The notes: a model not told the origin generated them from the letters alone. 25,709 nucleotides of DNA from Candidatus Woesearchaeota archaeon CG08_land_8_20_14_0_20_47_9 (GCA_002763335.1 PEYS01000132.1:1-25709), one strand, 5' to 3'. Positions 1 to 7,255 are shown, counted from the stretch's first letter. A program made the numbers and translations.

Positions 1-1
1 G

Positions 2-220
2 AGGGTCATAGATATAATGTACAAGTTCGGGCTCTCAGGACTTGATATGATACGGCAGATACAGAGGGAGATCATAAACCTTGATATTGCTCCGAGGGGG
101 AAGATGCACCTGATAGACCGTTGCGGAGAGGCTGAGTTTAGAATGACTGAGGGTGCTGATGAGTTTATTCAGATCGAGGCGCTGTTGAGTCAGTTTGTGT
201 TGGCTGGCATAAAATCTTGA
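2..220 (+). CDS. rfcS: Replication factor C small subunit, C-terminal part (5' end outside window)
   Basis: Frame is open from base 2. GLSGLDMIRQIQREI...GEAEFRMTEGADEFIQIEALL matches the conserved RFC-S C-terminal helical domain. Confidence 0.9.
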   Translation, partial: RVIDIMYKFGLSGLDMIRQIQREIINLDIAPRGKMHLIDRCGEAEFRMTEGADEFIQIEALLSQFVLAGIKS

Positions 221-261
221 ATGCCGAGGCGAGCCGTAAGGCGAAGCCGAGTGCATTCAAG
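216..261. repeat. Palindromic hairpin element, family A copy 1
   Basis: Arms CTTGAATGC (216-224) and GCATTCAAG (253-261) around core CGAGGCGAGCCGTAAGGCGAAGCCGAGT. Overlaps the rfcS TGA. Related copies at 7256, 20035 and 25618. Confidence 0.9.
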
Positions 262-275
262 GCTCTCTTTATAAA

Positions 276-316
276 TCCGGAAATCTTCCGAAAATTTCTG
301 GTTAAAGCATATTAAG
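276..316 (+). promoter_or_regulatory. Putative BRE/TATA promoter and upstream operator-like repeat of the Ubl operon
   Basis: AAAGCATATTAAG at 304-316 resembles other promoters in the window (AAAGCTTTTTATAA, AAAGCTTATTAA). TCCGRAAAT direct repeat at 276 and 287; CCGGAAAT/ATTTCTGG inverted repeat at 277-301. Confidence 0.5.
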
Positions 317-350
317 TTTGGATTCTGCTACTTCTGTATGGTGGTTCTAC

Positions 351-752
351 ATGACAAGCAGTAGCGACAGGACAGTGCCTATACAGTGCAGCCTCAGCAT
401 GATGGATGATCCTGAGAGGGAGCTGCGGAGGATTGTGCCTCCAGAGGCAGAGACTGTTGAGGATGTTCTATACAGGATGTTCGACCCCAGAGGGGATAAG
501 TACAACCCTCCGATGAGCGAGGGCAGTGTTAATCTGGTTAGGGAATTCTTATCATTACTGGAAGCAGCCCTCAATGGGGATCTGATCACCCTGCTTTACG
601 TAAATAAGGGGGAAGAATTAAGACTGGTGATGCCGAAAACAGGGCTTAGCTCCCTGCTTCCAAGTCCACTCTATGAATGTATTTATGGATGTATTAGCCC
701 AAAACTCTACAGCCTTGAACTAGAGCTGGTAGCAATACCAACGAGGGGGTAG
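351..752 (+). CDS. Putative ubiquitin-like (beta-grasp) protein ending ...LELVAIPTRG
   Basis: ATG 351 follows a GGTGG SD (ORF track start is TTG 318). Ubl-like order: strand VPIQCSL, strand ELRRIV, helix ETVEDVLYRMF (cf. ubiquitin DTIENVK), TLLYVNKGEEL, KTGLSSL, terminal strand SLELELV, then C-terminal RG. First gene upstream of E1- and JAB-like genes. Confidence 0.55.
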   Translation: MTSSSDRTVPIQCSLSMMDDPERELRRIVPPEAETVEDVLYRMFDPRGDKYNPPMSEGSVNLVREFLSLLEAALNGDLITLLYVNKGEELRLVMPKTGLSSLLPSPLYECIYGCISPKLYSLELELVAIPTRG

Positions 753-757
753 CAGAA

Positions 758-1744
758 TTGTCGTACCTGCTGTTTGGCATCCTGCAAGAATCAGGGATTG
801 GCCTGATCAACAACAATGGAGAGCTATACTGCCTCAGCAGGGCTAAGAGGGCATCAGAGGATTTAGTTATAAGGCTGAACAAGAGAAGCCACCCGCTTTG
901 CTATGTTGGCCCTGCAAAGCAGCTTCTGGTTGAGGGGCTTAATGAGTCTGGCGGGCCATTAAGCAGAATAGAGAACATGGAGAAGGGCTTCAAGATAGAA
1001 CAGGTCTGCAACATAATCGAGGCTGTATGCGAAACATACCTGAGAATGCTAAACCCTGACCTAGAGAAGGTGAATAAGAAAAAGGCAAAGGCAGCAAGAA
1101 GTCTGCTTAAAGACCTGCTGATCATTGGAAACAATGCCTACAAGATAAGGTATTATAACAACGTGAACAGGAATGAATTCACCCTTGACAATATTGTCAG
1201 GGAGAGCTGCCAATCTCTCAGCCAGCTTGAGGAGAGTTGCCATAAGACTCTAACATGCCCTGCCTGCTCATCAGTGCATCACCTGCAGCAATACAAATCA
1301 AGCCTCCAATTCCGGATTGCTGAATCCTATGCCATGATCTCTGTGATAATCCCATCAATGCAGTACATTGACATGGACCCAGATGATGGAAACTGCATCA
1401 AGAATGTTACTATCAGCGTAATACTTGATTTCTCTAAACATCTGAGCATTGCAAATGAGGAGCAGCCATACATCATACCAAGCCCCCTGCTAAACTTAAA
1501 CAAGGCATATGTTGAAGATCTGCCTAAGAATGCGTTCGGGCTCAGCTTTCTAACCACGCCAGCACACATACTGCTCAGCCCACCAGAGTATATCCGTAAC
1601 ATCAGCGATCCAATCGAGATGGCTGCTGAGCTTCTTCGTACAGCCCCTATTTTTCTCGACGCAGTATACCAGAAACATGACCTCAAGGGGATACAGAACC
1701 TATGCCATGATTCCAGAAGGCTTCTTGAGGGGGGGGCATCGTGA
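758..1744 (+). CDS. Hypothetical protein with a C/H cluster and a possible C-terminal E2/UBC-like domain lacking the catalytic Cys
   Basis: TTG start after GAGGGGG SD. CHKTLTCPACSSVHH motif. The C-terminal ~115 aa has a strands / P-x-I-x-x-SPLL / GLSFL / final helix layout similar to UBC HPN...ICL...helix. CDS is well supported; function is inferred from pattern and context. Confidence 0.45.
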   Translation: MSYLLFGILQESGIGLINNNGELYCLSRAKRASEDLVIRLNKRSHPLCYVGPAKQLLVEGLNESGGPLSRIENMEKGFKIEQVCNIIEAVCETYLRMLNPDLEKVNKKKAKAARSLLKDLLIIGNNAYKIRYYNNVNRNEFTLDNIVRESCQSLSQLEESCHKTLTCPACSSVHHLQQYKSSLQFRIAESYAMISVIIPSMQYIDMDPDDGNCIKNVTISVILDFSKHLSIANEEQPYIIPSPLLNLNKAYVEDLPKNAFGLSFLTTPAHILLSPPEYIRNISDPIEMAAELLRTAPIFLDAVYQKHDLKGIQNLCHDSRRLLEGGAS

Positions 1745-3093
1745 AGCCACTAAGAGCTGCTGTGCTTGGAGCAGATCTTATGACAGCCTACCTTATAAGC
1801 GCCATCTGCTTTAACAAGGGTGTTGAGGTTGCCATAATCTCAGAGAAGCCCTATGACAAGGGACACTTAGGCGAGGGTAACATAATCCTGCTCCCTGAAA
1901 GCAAGCAAGAGCTGCAGGTTTATGCCATAAGAGAGGGCATCAAAAAGCTAAACCCTGAATGCGAGGTAAATGCAGTCCCCATAAGACCATGTTACGCTGC
2001 TTCCCTAAACAGAATTCAACCAGACATAGTAATTGACCTCACAAGGGAACCAGAACAAAAGGAATTCGCAGAATGGTACTGTAAAAGAAATAAAAAGCCC
2101 CTTATATCGTCAATAGCAGGTCATGAGTCTGTACTTGTAATCTCAACTACTCCGAAAGGAGCAGACTCTATCTACAAGGACATAGGTTATGGGGACTCCT
2201 GGGCAGGGCTTGAAAAGACTGCAATGGCAGGGGCAGGGGCAGGGATCGCTGCTCTATACTTATCAGAGCCAGATTCAGATCAGTTGTTTTACTTCAGTCC
2301 AAACAAGCTCATCCAGGTTAATGGCTGCTTTGATATAAATGCTCTTGAAGAGATAAGGGACGAGAAGGTAAACAATGCAGTTGCTCAGTCGCCGCTAGAA
2401 AAAAGGCTATGTCTTGTTGGTGGCAGAGGCATGCTCTCAATGCATGTTGCGCTTGCAGCCCTGCTTGAGGGGGCAGCAGGGGTTGATATTTACGATAACG
2501 GGGCTGGGATGCCATCAGAACTCCAGGATAAGCCATTCTCCATTGAATTGCTCTATAAGCCACAAAAAAACAGCCATGCAGAGACTGTAAACATCATTGA
2601 GAAGAATGCAGCATACAAGAATGCTGCAAGTGGCGCTTACGCAGCAGTATTCGCAACTGGCTTTGAGCCAGGGGATGGCTTTGCGCTGAAATCACTAATT
2701 CTGAATGGCCCCCCAGTTATTGGTGGCCTTATAGGCCCGAGCTACAATGGCAAGATAATATCCATGCATAAAGGTCCGTGTTTGGTCTGCCAGCTTGCAC
2801 CAAACGCAAACCTTGATACACTACGCAAACAGGATGATGGCCTTAAAGAATTGGTATCAACCTACAGGAAGCTGCCTGAATACAGCGCAGCTTCAGGCCA
2901 GGAAGAGGATTGGCCTAGTTGCCTGAGAAGCTACCAGGTGACATCTATGATTATGGCGAGCCTGATGGTAAACAGGCTGAGAGGCTTATCAGGCAATGCC
3001 CAAACACAACAGCTTATTGTTAAACCAGGCTCTTCGAGAACACTGAGGTTCTTCCACTCAAAAGAATATGGGCGGGGGTGTGCCTGCAATTAG
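1741..3093 (+). CDS. E1-like enzyme with two tandem ThiF/MoeB domains, degenerate adenylation motifs
   Basis: Domain 1: RAAVLGA, IKKLNPECEV, PDIVIDLT, YCKRNKKPLIS. Domain 2: RLCLVGGRGMLS...VDIYD, GPCLVC, PSC (C394), terminal CAC. GTGA overlap with the previous stop. Confidence 0.8.
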   Translation: MKPLRAAVLGADLMTAYLISAICFNKGVEVAIISEKPYDKGHLGEGNIILLPESKQELQVYAIREGIKKLNPECEVNAVPIRPCYAASLNRIQPDIVIDLTREPEQKEFAEWYCKRNKKPLISSIAGHESVLVISTTPKGADSIYKDIGYGDSWAGLEKTAMAGAGAGIAALYLSEPDSDQLFYFSPNKLIQVNGCFDINALEEIRDEKVNNAVAQSPLEKRLCLVGGRGMLSMHVALAALLEGAAGVDIYDNGAGMPSELQDKPFSIELLYKPQKNSHAETVNIIEKNAAYKNAASGAYAAVFATGFEPGDGFALKSLILNGPPVIGGLIGPSYNGKIISMHKGPCLVCQLAPNANLDTLRKQDDGLKELVSTYRKLPEYSAASGQEEDWPSCLRSYQVTSMIMASLMVNRLRGLSGNAQTQQLIVKPGSSRTLRFFHSKEYGRGCACN

Positions 3094-4663
3094 ATCCGCA
3101 GCAGCTGGTTTTGGAGCGGTAATCGACAGCCTGTTCAGAAGGCGAGCTGGCCAGAGGGGCAGCTCCAGGGCAAAGAATAGCTCTCCCATCAGCCTCAATG
3201 TTAGATTGGCAGGCTACATAAAGACGAGGGTTGTATCATTTATAGTTAACAAGCTCTCAGAGGAGGTTTATGGTGAGCCAGCCCAATGCTTCGGCCTGAT
3301 CTGCATACCCAGAGAACAGATTGAAGAGAGGGAATTAAGCCGGGAATTAAGCCTGGAGCAAATGCTGATAACAGAGCTTGTTCCATCTACAACAACATTC
3401 AGTGGCCTGCCCTCATACAATAGGCATAACCTGGAGGGGGCAATAGAATACTCTCAAGATTCAGGGCTTGTTCCTGTTGGGCTGTGGCATACCGCTAACC
3501 TGGAAAAGAGCTGCTTTGAATGGGATACTGGCTTCTATAGCTGGGCGTTTAGGGACAGCAGAATGGCGAGACTAGGCACAGGAAACCTGTTTCTGCAGGG
3601 CCTGTCAATGCTCTTCAGCAATGCAAGCCTGCTCTGCGAGAGTAAATACAACAGGCAGGGAGACATATACTACAGCAGGGGCAGCGGTGTGGATGCGCAT
3701 GCCCCATTCAGGTTTAACTTTGTCATGGATGGCTTGCCGTTACTGGACTATTATTCTTTAATCCGAGCAATAGCGAATGGATTTGATTTTGGCAGCAGAA
3801 GGATTGGCAACCAGGTGGAGGGTGTAATAGATCGCATAGTAGAAGAGCTTAGAATAAACTTCGGAAACCTTGTAATCGAGTCCCAGAGCCAGGAGGATAG
3901 TTCTACCTACACGCCCTCTGATTCCGAGGTCGTTTACCATGATGAGCAGCAGACAACCCAGCCTGAGTGCGAGGATGCTGTAGTTGAACCAGTAACTGAG
4001 AAAGTAGCTGAAGAGGTGGTGGCTGAAGAGCAATATGGGACATCAGAAGCCAGATCTGCTGGCATGGAAGCAACAGCTCTTGACCTGTTCATCAACACCT
4101 ACGGGCTGGTGAATAAGCCCCTAACAGGGTTTATGAGGGCATATTACCAGGGCCTAGAGGCAGAAAATGCCTGTGAGCTCTATGAAGTTGCGAGAATAAT
4201 TGCAGGTGATTATGTTAAGGCAGATGGCAGAAGGGCCTGGCTCTGGGGTGATAGGGTCTCAGAGCTTGAAAGGATCTGTGGCTCAAGCAGATTCTCAGAT
4301 CATGCAGATCATGAGGAGCTGATCATGCTCCTTGACATGGCTGCTGCATCCAGCTATCTCAGGTATGCCCATAGGGAGGCTGCCAGCAGGCTGCAGTCAC
4401 TGGCTGACAGCTACCTTGCCATGCATGAAGATGATGGCCTTGGCATGGCTATGAAGATAATGGTTGAGATTGTTGACGGCAGGGATAAAGACTATTGGAA
4501 GTGGGAGAAGCGCGCAGACACGATATCAACTGTACTTGGCAACCTCACCATTGAAAAGCTGTCGTCCTATGACCGTATTATGCTAAGGCGGGCTGCTGTG
4601 CACGCATCATCTAAGGGGATGTACAACAAGCGGATTGGCCATTTATTCGGTGTAGAGGACTAA
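3068..4663 (+). CDS. JAB/MPN-domain protein (probably non-catalytic) with acidic linker and C-terminal two-copy helical repeat
   Basis: PAQCFGLI and LVPVGLWHTAN...EWD match the MPN ExxGxL and VGWxHSH...SxxD positions with substitutions. Acidic stretch aa ~271-325; repeated WxWxxR motifs. Confidence 0.65.
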   Translation: MGGGVPAIRSAAAGFGAVIDSLFRRRAGQRGSSRAKNSSPISLNVRLAGYIKTRVVSFIVNKLSEEVYGEPAQCFGLICIPREQIEERELSRELSLEQMLITELVPSTTTFSGLPSYNRHNLEGAIEYSQDSGLVPVGLWHTANLEKSCFEWDTGFYSWAFRDSRMARLGTGNLFLQGLSMLFSNASLLCESKYNRQGDIYYSRGSGVDAHAPFRFNFVMDGLPLLDYYSLIRAIANGFDFGSRRIGNQVEGVIDRIVEELRINFGNLVIESQSQEDSSTYTPSDSEVVYHDEQQTTQPECEDAVVEPVTEKVAEEVVAEEQYGTSEARSAGMEATALDLFINTYGLVNKPLTGFMRAYYQGLEAENACELYEVARIIAGDYVKADGRRAWLWGDRVSELERICGSSRFSDHADHEELIMLLDMAAASSYLRYAHREAASRLQSLADSYLAMHEDDGLGMAMKIMVEIVDGRDKDYWKWEKRADTISTVLGNLTIEKLSSYDRIMLRRAAVHASSKGMYNKRIGHLFGVED

Positions 4664-4665
4664 GA

Positions 4666-5568
4666 ATGTTTGCTCGAAAAGCCAAGATAAGCTATGAAGA
4701 CGAGGCTAGAAGCAGGTTCGACAGCATGCTTGACCCACGAGAGCATGTTGATCGCTTTTACGGGCCTGAAGTGAATCCATCCTATTGCTTGCCCCTTGAT
4801 ATTCTTGCGCCGAGGGTGCCTGTAGAAAAGGTTGTTGAGATCTGCTCCAGGAAAGACCCCTTAAACTGGGCAGCGTTTATTGATTACTTTGCATACCTTT
4901 CAGGCCTTATCAGGGGCCTTATCCAAGTCGAAGATAAAGAAACCAGCCAGGTAAGCCCTGAGCTTTGCATACTGGCATCTGATGAGAGGCTGGAAGAGAT
5001 GCTGAAAAAATACTGCAGCCTGACTCTCATTAATCTCTATAACTCACTTATTAAGATCGATAATGATTACAGTTTTCTATTCCAATTGAGTGAGACAGGA
5101 CAAGGATTTGCAGGGGGAGGGCAAACAGAAAGATTATCTTCCCACCAGTCTGAGACCGGTGGAAAGACTAATCTGGAAAAAATGCGAGGAGACCGAAGCT
5201 TTAGCGAGCAAACACGCCCTGTGACTGGGGGTGTCTCCGAGCATTTTGACACAAGCCAGGATATACCTATGCCAAGAGCATACACACCACCGGTCATATT
5301 CACAATAAGCGATACGCTTGGGATTCCTGTGCATACCTTGTATCAGCTTATCATGGTAATGGAGATTCCAGAAAACCTGACCTCACTCTTCTTCATAAAG
5401 CCCTATAACCCACTGCTGCTGGATCCTAAAAGCCTCTTGAGGATTGAGAAGAGGGATAAGCAATACAAGCAACTCATTGATCAGGGCTTCTCACGCTTTG
5501 ATATTCAAGCGTTAAATGCTGCACTGGCATACATGCCCAGGAAAAAGACTGCTGTAAAGAGGTTTTAG
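4666..5568 (+). CDS. Hypothetical protein, last gene of the Ubl-like operon
   Basis: 300-aa ORF starting 2 nt after the previous stop, GAGG SD. Two predicted ordered regions separated by a G/S/T/E-rich linker. No family recognised. Confidence 0.8.
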   Translation: MFARKAKISYEDEARSRFDSMLDPREHVDRFYGPEVNPSYCLPLDILAPRVPVEKVVEICSRKDPLNWAAFIDYFAYLSGLIRGLIQVEDKETSQVSPELCILASDERLEEMLKKYCSLTLINLYNSLIKIDNDYSFLFQLSETGQGFAGGGQTERLSSHQSETGGKTNLEKMRGDRSFSEQTRPVTGGVSEHFDTSQDIPMPRAYTPPVIFTISDTLGIPVHTLYQLIMVMEIPENLTSLFFIKPYNPLLLDPKSLLRIEKRDKQYKQLIDQGFSRFDIQALNAALAYMPRKKTAVKRF

Positions 5569-5589
5569 AAGTACTCAGTTAAATGAAAA

Positions 5590-5694
5590 ATCCAGCCATG
5601 GCGCAGGCGAAAGCGCTTCCCCTTCGGGATGCCGAGCAGGACATTTTGCGAAGCCTTGCTGAGCAAAATGGCCAAACCTTATGGATGGCTGGAT
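5590..5694. repeat. Multi-branch structured intergenic element
   Basis: Outer stem ATCCAGCCAT (5590-5599)/ATGGCTGGAT (5685-5694). Inner hairpins GCGC/GCGC, TCCC/GGGA and CATTTTGC/GCAAAATG. Contains AGGCGA, GCCGAG and GCGAAGC words shared with family A. Confidence 0.7.
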
Positions 5695-5813
5695 AGATCA
5701 CATCCTACACAAAGAACTCAATTAGGGCTTATCTTGACTCCAAAAAGAAATGACAAATGAGTGACAATCCCTTAGAGGATAGCAGCCTTATCAATCAGAA
5801 TATGGCTTGAACA

Positions 5814-5827
5814 GAAACATTTATAAG
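5814..5827 (+). promoter_or_regulatory. BRE/TATA promoter of rps17e-GNAT-histone
   Basis: GAAACATTTATAAG about 40 nt upstream of the rps17e ATG; AGGAGGTG SD at 5853-5860. Confidence 0.65.
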
Positions 5828-5864
5828 CCCAGGGCAGATCGCAGGGCTCATCAGGAGGTGTGTT

Positions 5865-6074
5865 ATGGGGAGGATAAAGACTCAGCTGATAAAATCAACA
5901 GCCTTCAGGATTATGGAGGAACACGGGGATAAGATTACCAACGACTTTGGGAAGAACAAACTCCTGATTCAGGGGTTTGTTGACATACCCTCCAAGAAGA
6001 TCAGGAACATCACCGCGGGTTATGTGACAAGGCTGTTCATAATGGGTAAGAAGAAAGAAGGCGCTTGGGTATGA
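5865..6074 (+). CDS. rps17e: 30S ribosomal protein S17e
   Basis: MGRIKT...DFGKNK...SKKIRNITAGYVTR signature; strong SD. Confidence 0.95.
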   Translation: MGRIKTQLIKSTAFRIMEEHGDKITNDFGKNKLLIQGFVDIPSKKIRNITAGYVTRLFIMGKKKEGAWV

Positions 6075-7090
6075 TAGAGTTCGAGACCGAGGCAGAGGTC
6101 AGGAAGCTTAATATCCGCGAGGAGTTTGATATCCAGAAAATAGAATTAGCAATAGCCCAGAACATTGACAGGGCTGACATGGTGAACATATTCAGCCCTA
6201 CACAGGGGCTTGTTGAGCACTTCACAAGGCATGGCTACTTCTATAGGCCGAACAAGGTCACATACAAGATGGATGTCCCGTTCTCTGAATCCGAGTACAT
6301 TTCAAAACTAAAGAAGAACAAGAGAAAGACCATAAAGAAGGCTGTTAAGAGGTGCAGGGAGTGCGGGATCAGCATACTAAAGGAGCCGCAGCTAAGCGAG
6401 GTGTCATACCGCGGATGGCTTGATGTCTACACTGAAAACATAAACGGTAAGAAGAGGGGCATAATAAGAACAGGGCTTGAGCGCTATTACAGAAGCAAGG
6501 ACATGATGGCCGGGATATTTGCAGTGAAAGACAACCACATCATAGGAGGCATAATACTGAGGCGGAAACACCTCAGATCAGGGCTTAGGAAGATTTCATT
6601 CTCATTCGCCTCATCAAGGAAGGAATATTTCAAAAAGGGGGTGAACGAGCTCCTGAACCTAAAAGCAGTGCTCTTCGCAAGGGAGCTGGGCTACGACCAC
6701 CTCGAGAGGGGCATGGATTCAAACCTCTACGGGCATTACCTCTCACCAGGACTTTACCTCTTCAAAAAGTCATTCGGCTTCCGCATAACACCGAAAAATC
6801 GCTTTGGTGAGGTACTCACCACAATAACAAACTACGCGCCATTCCAGGATATCATCTTCTTTGTCAGCCACAACAAAGAGAAGCCGGAGGGAAACCTGAT
6901 ACTCAAAAACGATATTGACAGCACGAGGATTGCAGAGTTCGTATCAAAGTACCTCGAAAGGCTCAATGTTTATAAAGTTGAAGATAATACCATCAGAAAG
7001 GTTGATGAGATAATAATTCCGAGAGGTGTGATGATATGGCAAAGGGAGAAACCGCAATACCAAAAGCACCCGCTGCAAGAATACTCCTGA
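6071..7090 (+). CDS. FemAB/BioF2-like GNAT-superfamily acyl- or aminoacyl-transferase
   Basis: ATGA overlap with the rps17e stop. LKKNKRKTIKKA, GVNELLNLKAVLFARELGY and GLYLFKKSFG are typical of the C-terminal GNAT domain of FemAB-like proteins. Confidence 0.7.
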   Translation: MIEFETEAEVRKLNIREEFDIQKIELAIAQNIDRADMVNIFSPTQGLVEHFTRHGYFYRPNKVTYKMDVPFSESEYISKLKKNKRKTIKKAVKRCRECGISILKEPQLSEVSYRGWLDVYTENINGKKRGIIRTGLERYYRSKDMMAGIFAVKDNHIIGGIILRRKHLRSGLRKISFSFASSRKEYFKKGVNELLNLKAVLFARELGYDHLERGMDSNLYGHYLSPGLYLFKKSFGFRITPKNRFGEVLTTITNYAPFQDIIFFVSHNKEKPEGNLILKNDIDSTRIAEFVSKYLERLNVYKVEDNTIRKVDEIIIPRGVMIWQREKPQYQKHPLQEYS

Positions 7091-7251
7091 GCGGAGGGGC
7101 GAAGAGGGTTTCAGCATCTGCAGTGGATGCCTTTGTAAGGGTTCTTGAAGAGCGAGCCTTCCACATCTCAGAAAGGGCTCTTCAGCTGGCAAAGCACTCT
7201 GGACGGGTCACGATTCAGCGCGAAGACATTGAGATGGCAGTCAGGAGATAG
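7036..7251 (+). CDS. Archaeal histone (HMf-like singlet)
   Basis: IPKAPAARI...AKRVSASA...AKHSGRVTIQREDI histone fold with the R-x-T-I-x3-D motif; GAGGTG SD. Overlaps the GNAT 3' end by 55 nt. Confidence 0.95.
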   Translation: MAKGETAIPKAPAARILLSGGAKRVSASAVDAFVRVLEERAFHISERALQLAKHSGRVTIQREDIEMAVRR

Positions 7252-7255
7252 GTAC

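Noticed and set aside
750-823. Read-through of the Ubl TAG giving a Cys-rich extension (QNCRTCCLASC)
   Set aside because: The extension is an alternate frame of ORF2, and there is no pyrrolysine or recoding evidence.
1726-1744. ORF2 C-terminal LEGGAS as a cleavable Ubl di-Gly tail
   Set aside because: The GAGGGGGG encoding EGG is the SD of the E1 GTG start, and the region is not preceded by a beta-grasp pattern.
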